From: an uncultured Bacillota bacterium
GTDB taxonomy: Bacteria > Bacillota > DTU025 > MWDF01
Direction: 5' to 3'
NCBI GenBank assembly: GCA_963823655.1
Contig: CAWGMK010000006.1
Span: 160,001-224,000 of the forward strand
Length of the DNA: 64,000 nucleotides
Below are positions 20,747 to 28,397 of the stretch, one piece after another (the stretch's first letter is position 1; every line of letters begins with the position of its first letter). A program made the translations under genes and the position numbers. A model generated the notes under the pieces. That model ran no database searches, was not told the origin of the DNA, and worked only from the letters and a program-made list of their open reading frames with translations.

Positions 20747-21601
20747 ATGAAAAGAAACTCCATAGTCCTTGCAGGAATCGCGATAATGCTAATGTTTGCG
20801 AGCATTGGAGTTGCTTCCTCCGGAATGACACTAGTGCACAACCTGGGTGAAACACTTCCCGACATCAACCTGACTGACGGTCAGACTTTGACGATAAAAT
20901 TCATCGCCGACCCAGGTTCCGTAATAACTTATGGTGCATTGCCGGAGGGCGCAACTTTCGACCAGGCGACTCATACTTTTACTTGGACCGCCGAAATTGA
21001 GCAAAAAGGAATATACCCACTCAGTTTCTCCGGGTTCTTAGGCAGTCTGGCAGTAACGTCCACAGTATCGGTCGAGATTTTGGACTGCCGGGTACAGGTA
21101 GTCGCAACCGGGCTTGATTATATCTGGTCGCCAAATAATAAGCTTGTTGAAGTGGAAATAATTCTTTTGGATTCTGCCGGGAACCGGGCCGATATCGAGA
21201 TCCTTAGCGTAGAGGTTGTAGACACTCTCAGGAAGAGCCTGGCAGAGGAAAAGGAATCAAACGGCAAGGGAAAGGGCCTTCTTAAAGAGGTCCATGTGCC
21301 AAGCGCGCTTTTGAACGGAAAGAAGGACGGGGAATTCCAGGACGTTGAAGGATCGTATTTCCTCAGGGCGACAAGGCTTGGCCTTATTGAGGAGAGGACG
21401 TATGTAATCTCTTTCAGGGCGACTTATCCTCTAACCGGCGTGGTTGAGGAAGCCACGATCAGCATCTCGATACCTCACGATATGTCAGAGATCAAACCTG
21501 ATGTAGAAGAGGAAGATGAAGAAACCGAGGAAGAGATCGAAGAAGAGGAAGAGACTGAAGGCGAAGAAGAGGGACCGAAAAAGGAAAAGAAAGAAAAGTA
21601 G
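20747..21601 (+). CDS. Secreted Ig-domain protein with acidic/basic tail
   Basis: Signal peptide; He_PIG-like LPEGATFD....FTWT; second domain IWSPNNKLV...LRATR...RTYVISF...ISIPHD; poly-Glu then KKEKKEK. Confidence 0.75.
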   Translation: MKRNSIVLAGIAIMLMFASIGVASSGMTLVHNLGETLPDINLTDGQTLTIKFIADPGSVITYGALPEGATFDQATHTFTWTAEIEQKGIYPLSFSGFLGSLAVTSTVSVEILDCRVQVVATGLDYIWSPNNKLVEVEIILLDSAGNRADIEILSVEVVDTLRKSLAEEKESNGKGKGLLKEVHVPSALLNGKKDGEFQDVEGSYFLRATRLGLIEERTYVISFRATYPLTGVVEEATISISIPHDMSEIKPDVEEEDEETEEEIEEEEETEGEEEGPKKEKKEK

Positions 21602-21623
21602 ACTTAAAACCTGCTTAATCTCT

Positions 21624-21660
21624 CCCCTTTGGGTATCATGCCCAAAGGGGTTTTTTATTT
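21624..21660 (+). terminator. Intrinsic terminator
   Basis: CCCCTTTGGG/CCCAAAGGGG stem plus T6. Confidence 0.85.
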
Positions 21661-21837
21661 ACTGCCCAAAGGAAGCAGCCCAGCCAGCAAAGCAATTGGG
21701 TGTTCTACCAACGCTTTAGAAGTTTAATCTAGCTGAAAAGCAGTCGGCATGAAATCATGATCTCCAACTAATGATTAAGGGATTAGCCCCTTTTAAAATC
21801 ATGACCCGGCAAATTAGCGTAAGCCTTTGTGATTATC

Positions 21838-21866
21838 GCCTTGTTCTTTAGAGCAAGGCTTTTTCT
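21838..21866 (+). terminator. Second terminator-like hairpin, ~150 bp upstream of the DUF11 operon
   Basis: GCCTTGTTC-TTTA-GAGCAAGGC plus TTTTT. Confidence 0.6.
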
Positions 21867-22013
21867 TCCTGCGCCGGCTTCACCTGTTTTTTAATCCCGA
21901 TGGTAGCGATCGCCTTGAAAATTACTACTTAAAGGCGCTACATACAGCAAGCAAGCGTGACTATACTACCAAATTAGCTGTAAGTCTGCCCTTAAGGAGG
22001 TTCAACAGGCGAG

Positions 22014-23096
22014 ATGAAAATATGGCGTACTCCATTGGTTTCGCTTCTTCTAATCTTCGCAATGTCCGCATCGGCCTTTTGCTCGAATGGCATGAAGCCA
22101 GAAGACTCGTTAACTTTGCCCTGGATTATCTTTGAGGCCTTGAATTTGCCCTTTAGCCAACCGCCGGTGGGCAATGCGGGCAAGCAACAAGATATACGCG
22201 TTCTCATTATCGAGGATTTTGAAGGGAGGTTGCTTACAGAAGCGACTTGGGATGGCTCTGCGCCTCGTGTGTCAGCGGGTGGCAAGGAGTGGGCTTTTAA
22301 ACTTTCCGCGCTGTTAGAAGGACGTCAAGTCGAGTATGAGCTTTGCATCAGTATCGAGGACAAGGCGAAATTACCTGGAGGTTCCGCCGTCCTTACCTTA
22401 AAAGACCTGAGCGGACTTGAGCTTGGCTCAAGCTTTACGCATGTTTTGAATTTGCATGGATTTGAAGGTCTTGCTTCGGATGACGGCAGGTCGGCGGCGC
22501 TCTCGCCAAATGGGGCTCAATCAAACGGGCTTTCCCAATTCATTGCAATGGTTGCTCGGATGGGAACGTGCCTTTTCCGGTTTGAGCAGGCCGGAGGGAT
22601 GGATGAGGAGCCGAGCATTATCATCGCCGAATCCGAAAACAAAGTCGGAAAAGGGCGTGATGGCACGGCCTTGATGGAAATCCTCTTCGCTTCGGCACAA
22701 TCCTGGGCTCCGGGACATGTATTAGATTTTGCAAACGCCATTGATGGGGGAGAAAGAAAGCCTGACATAAGGGTCCTGGGAGTCTCGGACAAGGCGGCAG
22801 TTAACCCAGGAGAGGCCATTGGGTATACTTACTTCCTTTTCAACGCCGGAACAGGAAGCGCGGTTGATGTTGAGTTCACTATCCCGATCTCGGCTGAAGT
22901 CCAGCTGATTCCTGCATCCCTTAGCTGCAGCAAGGGAGAGCTGAAGCTTATCCAGCAGGAGTACGGTATCCCGGGGTCGGGAAGCATTGAAGAGGCGAAA
23001 GGTGCCGGCTATGAGGAGAGGACCATTAGGCTGCTGCTTACCGAAGAAATCATCCCGGGCGAAGCGATATATATCGAATTTGAAGTCTCAGTATGA
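22014..23096 (+). CDS. Secreted protein with C-terminal incomplete DUF11 domain
   Basis: Signal peptide; DKAAVNPGEAIGYTYFLFNAGTGSAVDV...IIPGEAIYIEFEVSV*. Confidence 0.75.
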   Translation: MKIWRTPLVSLLLIFAMSASAFCSNGMKPEDSLTLPWIIFEALNLPFSQPPVGNAGKQQDIRVLIIEDFEGRLLTEATWDGSAPRVSAGGKEWAFKLSALLEGRQVEYELCISIEDKAKLPGGSAVLTLKDLSGLELGSSFTHVLNLHGFEGLASDDGRSAALSPNGAQSNGLSQFIAMVARMGTCLFRFEQAGGMDEEPSIIIAESENKVGKGRDGTALMEILFASAQSWAPGHVLDFANAIDGGERKPDIRVLGVSDKAAVNPGEAIGYTYFLFNAGTGSAVDVEFTIPISAEVQLIPASLSCSKGELKLIQQEYGIPGSGSIEEAKGAGYEERTIRLLLTEEIIPGEAIYIEFEVSV

Positions 23097-23111
23097 TAGG
23101 AGGTTATCATT

Positions 23112-24854
23112 TTGTATAAGAAGCTTATTAGGACCTATTTGCTCGCTTTGATAATTGTCGGCATAGCAGCCGCGGCCGCCAACGCATCGGGGACATTAGC
23201 AGGTACAATGATAAGAAACAGCGCTACAGTAAGCTACAAGGACGCGAATAGCAACCCGATGACGTCCGTAACATCCAATGAAGTGATTACCGAGGTGGAC
23301 AGTGTGTTCGGCGTCGATATTTCGCCGAACGGATACCCTGTTGCCGGATTCAGCGAGAGCAAGACAAGGGATTTCGTGTTTACCGTAACAAATACTGGAA
23401 ATGACCTGGACATGTTTGCCCTTGCTGTTACAGGAATCCCCGCCGGTTGGGGCGCTGTCATATACCACGATGCCGATGGCGATGGCATCTTGGATGCCGG
23501 CGAGCCGACTACTAGCAATACAGGCTCCCTTGATCCTAACCCTCCCACATTGCCTGCCTCTACCAATTACGAATACTTCATAATAGTACGGGTCACGGCT
23601 CCCGCGGCGCCTGTGGTAGTAAACAATATTGCGACTTTTACGCTTACTGCAATATCGGCGGGGTCGGCTTCCGTTACTGATACAGCAAGCTTCAGCATGG
23701 AAGTAGAACAGGCGGAAATCGCAGTATCAAAGACGGCGGAACTTGCAAACCCGATGCCCCTGGAGCCTTTCGACTATACGATTTCTGTTACCAATTCGGG
23801 GACTGTTCAGGCATATGATGTAGTAGTGAGCGACGTTCTCCCAAGCGGTATTTCATTTAGAGGTCCGGTGCTGTACGACGCCGATGGGGCGGGGGCACTG
23901 TTCTCACCAGTCATTTTAGCTGGTGCTTACTCCATGGGCACGGTAACAGTGAACATCGGCAGCCTTGGAGCTGGGATTACGGCTACGATTTCGTTTGAAG
24001 CTGAAGTGACCGCCGAAATTCCTGCCGGGACCGGCATTCTTAACTCTGCCGGCGTAACGTATGACGACTGGAATGATTATCATTTCATCTCAGCAAATTC
24101 CAGCACCGTGACAGTAAAAATCCGCGGCGGCGTCAATATTGAAAGCAGCCGCAATGCATATGTCGATCCGGGGGACGTGCTGCAAATCCCATTCACCATT
24201 GAGAACACCGGCAACGGAACCGATGACATGATAATTTCCGCAACGCACAATGATTGTAATCTCAGCCTTACTTGGACTATCCTTTGGGACTCTGATGAGG
24301 ACGGCACATATGAAACTACAGTGGGTACCACCTCAGGTTCGGATAACATGGTAGGGAATACCGGACCCATCGCAAAAGATGATGTTTACAGTTATGTCGC
24401 AACGGCCAGTATTCCGGTGGGAACCGCCGACACCCTGTTCAACAAGGTTGTCATTTGGGCCAGCAGCACAAAGGGCCCTATACCTTTTATGTCAGACGGC
24501 ATAACTTTGATAAATACTGTGAAGTCGCCTACGCTAACGCTAGTCAAGCAGGTTGATAAGCAGAACTCTGTTCCTGGCGAGATCCTAACTTATACGTTGA
24601 CTGTCACGAATACCGGGACTGGAGATGCCTTAACGGTCCTTATACAAGATAGTATCGACCTGATGAAGGATTCTATAGACTTTATAGCAAGTTCGATAAG
24701 GGTTGATAACGTGCCTCAGACCGATGCCCTGGATTCCGATTATGCGGATTTCGCTGCCAATGTGGTAACAGTCAGAATTCCTCAGATCGGCGGGACTCTC
24801 ACACTACCGCTGAAGACCTCATACGTGATAACTTTCCAGGTAAGGGTAAAATAG
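23112..24854 (+). CDS. Secreted DUF11-repeat protein (circularly permuted, two-fold internal repeat)
   Basis: RBS GGAGG with TTG start, signal peptide ending ANA; two DUF11 domains (VSKT...YTISVTNSG...VVSDVLP; LVKQ...YTLTVTNTG...IQDSI) alternating with two Ig-like domains carrying DxDxDG loops. Confidence 0.85.
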   Translation: MYKKLIRTYLLALIIVGIAAAAANASGTLAGTMIRNSATVSYKDANSNPMTSVTSNEVITEVDSVFGVDISPNGYPVAGFSESKTRDFVFTVTNTGNDLDMFALAVTGIPAGWGAVIYHDADGDGILDAGEPTTSNTGSLDPNPPTLPASTNYEYFIIVRVTAPAAPVVVNNIATFTLTAISAGSASVTDTASFSMEVEQAEIAVSKTAELANPMPLEPFDYTISVTNSGTVQAYDVVVSDVLPSGISFRGPVLYDADGAGALFSPVILAGAYSMGTVTVNIGSLGAGITATISFEAEVTAEIPAGTGILNSAGVTYDDWNDYHFISANSSTVTVKIRGGVNIESSRNAYVDPGDVLQIPFTIENTGNGTDDMIISATHNDCNLSLTWTILWDSDEDGTYETTVGTTSGSDNMVGNTGPIAKDDVYSYVATASIPVGTADTLFNKVVIWASSTKGPIPFMSDGITLINTVKSPTLTLVKQVDKQNSVPGEILTYTLTVTNTGTGDALTVLIQDSIDLMKDSIDFIASSIRVDNVPQTDALDSDYADFAANVVTVRIPQIGGTLTLPLKTSYVITFQVRVK

Positions 24855-24882
24855 CAGAAGGATCTTGTGTATAGCGGAAAGA

Positions 24883-24920
24883 GGGCTTGGCTTCGCGCAA
24901 TAGGCGATGCCAAGCTCCTT
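24883..24920. terminator. Hairpin between convergent genes
   Basis: GGCTTGGC...GCCAAGCT stem. Confidence 0.55.
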
Positions 24921-24991
24921 GCCTGCTTGTGCTTATTGAAAGAGGAAGACGCCTAAGTATTGCCCTGCAGCGCACAGGGCTATAGGATGCT

Positions 24992-25874
24992 CTAGATCGA
25001 AGATAAGCAGCCCTTTAGATATTCGATACCCTTACGGGCATACATGTCCTGCTCTGCCTTACAGATCGCCGTTTCTCTTGTACAGCCCTCTTCGCACGGA
25101 GTATATTCCATGGTTAGAGCTCCCTCATATCCGATGCTACGAAGTGCGCGAAGTATCGATATCAGGCTCATTTTTGTTAGGGATGGGCACTTCCTGTCGG
25201 CATCTGCTATATGGAAACATGCCAGGCGCCCTGCAGAGCGCACGATCGCTGCTTCGATATCTTCACATTCCCTCAGCATATGAAAAGTATCAAGGTTTGC
25301 CATGACGCGCGGCGAGCCTACTTCATCAAGGAATTGCAGAAGGGCATCGGTATTATTGATGCTATCTGAATCGAAACGGCATATAGCCTCAATAGCCAGT
25401 GTGCTGCCGATTTCCTCTGCGAATCGGGCAAGCCTGCTTACCAATTCCGTCAGTCTCTTGTATGAGTCGCCACGTGTGGCGTGCCCCCTCTTTGCCGAGG
25501 CTTCCGCGCGCAATGCCAATGATGACCACAGCCCCATATTTGCAGCTGTCTTGCATCACTGAGCTTATTGCAGCTTCCGCCCGCGAAACAATCTCCTTGT
25601 TGGCATGAGAAAGCGAAAGGCCGTCCCTGGCATAGATATTGCCTGTGGCAACCGCTGCAAGCTTGATTCCCGCAGGATCGAGAATTCTGCCTATGCCCTT
25701 CAACGAAATGTCCGACTTCCCGGAGAGGTGAAGGTCAATGCATGAATAGCCGATATCAGCTGCTCTACGCACGGATTCGGAAAGGGGGCCTCGAAAAAGA
25801 ATAGGAGAGGATGTGGCTGGATTCTCGGCAACCGAGGCTGAAATCGGAGGATCCCATTTATTTGGCTTGTTCAT
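24992..25874 (-). CDS. Sugar phosphate isomerase/epimerase (xylose isomerase-like TIM barrel), frameshifted at ~25470
   Basis: Two overlapping ORFs: GYSCIDLH...ATG...DGLSL...VIIG..RG, then LAIEAICRF, LDTFHM, FHIADADR, GYEGALTME. Confidence 0.8.
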
Positions 25875-26272
25875 TTTTAACCTGCTTCTTTCTGTCGCAT
25901 TATAGGTTCATTATACTCAAAGGCCGCATTATTGCCCGAATTCTGCTTGGTTTTGTCCCTTGGCAATTAACCTTGCATCAGATCGCTTTTTGGAATGTAG
26001 TCACTGGGCGCCCATTGGTGGCATTGGATTTTACATGGCCGATCCTACGGGCAGCTATGGTAAGCGCACATGTTCAACCCTTCGTAGAAAGCCCATACAA
26101 TAAGATGTTTGCCGGAAGAAAGAATAACACATAATTGCAGACTCAAATGATTCCTAGTTGGCTCATTGCCACAAGGGAATTGGCAGTCCGTTCTCGCCTT
26201 TTTAAACTCGCCGTATGCCTGGCTGCTATAATTGACTCAGCCAAAATCATGTGTCATTGCGAGGTGGTCATT

Positions 26273-27487
26273 ATGTCTGTCGAAGCGAAGGCAAGCTGGT
26301 TTCGAAGCCTTGATTCAGTTAGGCAAGCCGGGACCGGTTATCCGGCGTTTGACGTATCAGAAAGCCTGATTTCTGAGGTCATTCGCTTCCACAGGGGTTT
26401 CCCGAAGTATGAAGCGACGCCTCTTCACTCACTAGACTGCAAGGCGGAAAAGCTGGGGCTTGGTGGTATTTTATTAAAGGATGAGTCAAAAAGGTTTGGT
26501 CTGAATGCCTTTAAGGCTCTCGGAGGCACGTATGCTATCGGAAGATGGCTTGGCAATCAACTGGGAATGAACTCGCACGAAGTCTCATATCTTGCCCTTG
26601 TGGAGGCGCTGAAGGATAGCGGGCGCGAACCATATTCGTTCGTGACCGCCACCGACGGAAATCACGGCAGGGGAGTGGCGTGGGCTTCAAGGATGCTCGG
26701 GTGCAAGGCGACTGTATTCATGCCGCGGGCAAGCGCGGTTTCGCGCGTCAAGGCAATAGAGGCGGAGGGCGCTGAGGTCTTCGTAACCAAGTCCAATTAC
26801 GATGATGCAGTTAGGGAAGCGTCCGATTACGCCAGAGCCCATGGCGCTGTAATGCTGCAAGATACATCTTGGGAAGGGTATGAGGATGTCCCCAGGTGGA
26901 TCATGAAGGGCTACCTGAGCATAATCAGCGAGGCAATTAGCCAGATACGCCTATCAGGCCACAAAGCCCCAACGCACGTGTTCCTGCAAGCCGGCGTAGG
27001 CTCTTTCGCCGCAAGCATGCTGGCAGGGCTTGAGTGCCTGCTAGGTAAAGATATGCCCATTGCACTCATCGTAGAACCCAGGAATGCGGCATGCATATAC
27101 GAATCTGCCAGGAGCGAGGGCGGCAGGCTGGTTAAGGTAGGCGGAGAGCTTAATACTATTATGGCCGGGCTGGCCTGTGGAGAGCCGAACCCGATTGCGC
27201 TGGGAAGGATATTGAAAAATGCCAGCTATTTCGCCTCCTGCGCAGACAGTGTGGCCGAATTGGGTATGCGCGCGCTTTACAACCCTGAGGGCACGGACGC
27301 GAAGGTGGTCTCCGGCGAATCGGGCGCCGTCGGAATGGGGCTCCTCCAATCGATCATGAAAGACAGCGAACTAGAAGGCCTCAGGGAAAGCATGGGGCTT
27401 GATGGCGCCTCTAAAGTGCTTCTTATAAGCACGGAAGGTGCGACCGACCCTGATGGGTTCAGGAGGATAGTTGGTTGCCAAGCATAG
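26273..27487 (+). CDS. dpaL: Diaminopropionate ammonia-lyase
   Basis: KDESKRFGLNAFKALGG, TATDGNHGRGVAW, QDTSWEGY, LQAGVGSFA, TIMAGLACGEP, SGESGAVG. Confidence 0.93.
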   Translation: MSVEAKASWFRSLDSVRQAGTGYPAFDVSESLISEVIRFHRGFPKYEATPLHSLDCKAEKLGLGGILLKDESKRFGLNAFKALGGTYAIGRWLGNQLGMNSHEVSYLALVEALKDSGREPYSFVTATDGNHGRGVAWASRMLGCKATVFMPRASAVSRVKAIEAEGAEVFVTKSNYDDAVREASDYARAHGAVMLQDTSWEGYEDVPRWIMKGYLSIISEAISQIRLSGHKAPTHVFLQAGVGSFAASMLAGLECLLGKDMPIALIVEPRNAACIYESARSEGGRLVKVGGELNTIMAGLACGEPNPIALGRILKNASYFASCADSVAELGMRALYNPEGTDAKVVSGESGAVGMGLLQSIMKDSELEGLRESMGLDGASKVLLISTEGATDPDGFRRIVGCQA

Positions 27488-27510
27488 AACCCCTAGATAT
27501 TGGCGAGAAA

Positions 27511-27549
27511 GATTTGGCCGGATCTGCAGTATGCAATCCGGCCAAAATC
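27511..27549. terminator. Hairpin between convergent genes
   Basis: TTTGGCCGGAT...ATCCGGCCAAA inverted repeat. Confidence 0.65.
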
Positions 27550-27575
27550 CTTGCTTATAGAGTTAACGCAGGACT

Positions 27576-28214
27576 CTAGGCAATCATATTGTTGTAATAC
27601 ACTACCTTGATGCTCCTGAACGCGAGGAAGCCATCACCTGTGAAGTCGCCGTGGATATTAATCATAAACTGCGAAGCGGCGTAATGCTCGATGTCGAATG
27701 AAGCGACCAAAGTATCTCCGTTCATGGTAATAGTTATGTGCTCGCCCTTTTTAACAAGCTTCCAAGTATTGCGCCCCTGCCTGATTAGCCCCGGGAAGGC
27801 TGCGTCTTCATCCACGATATATCGGTCAGTAAGCTCCGATTCGGTATAGTCGCGCACGGCGTACTCCTCATCAGGAGGGTTTCCCAATCCCCTTCCAACA
27901 CAATTAATGTAGTTATTCGGCGAAATCGAAGGCCCGTCAGACAACCATATAGCGAAGTTTGCCCTATTCAAAAGGGTGTTTAGGTCCAAATCGAAGATTA
28001 CGGTAACCGTGAAGTCTCCGTCAAATTCAACTGGGGATGAGATAAAGCCTCCTTCCATGATTATGCCGTCAGGTCCTGTTTCAACCGGCCCTTCTTCATA
28101 CCAGTCATCGATTGGACTGGGATCCGTGAAATCTACGGACCAAATTCTTGCGCAGCCTGCAAGCGTAATGCAAGCTAATATTAAGGTTGCTGCCAGTGCC
28201 ACCCGCATCTTCAT
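27576..28214 (-). CDS. Lipoprotein of unknown function (paralogue of 14443-15094)
   Basis: RBS GGAGGTG, lipobox LAGC, WSVDFT..IDDWY, F.GDF..T..F.L. Confidence 0.78.
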   Translation of the reverse strand: MKMRVALAATLILACITLAGCARIWSVDFTDPSPIDDWYEEGPVETGPDGIIMEGGFISSPVEFDGDFTVTVIFDLDLNTLLNRANFAIWLSDGPSISPNNYINCVGRGLGNPPDEEYAVRDYTESELTDRYIVDEDAAFPGLIRQGRNTWKLVKKGEHITITMNGDTLVASFDIEHYAASQFMINIHGDFTGDGFLAFRSIKVVYYNNMIA

Positions 28215-28397
28215 TGATATCACCTCCAAAGATACAATTTCGACAGTAGTGGATAATATCCTACAAAATATGAATAATTGGCACGGCGAAACAACATTTC
28301 CTTGGCTTCTAGCCCTTATTGCTGCTCACGGGTTGGAGGTGAATGGCCGGTAGTATTAGAATGTATATATGAAACAATAGGAGAAGGGGAGGCCGCC

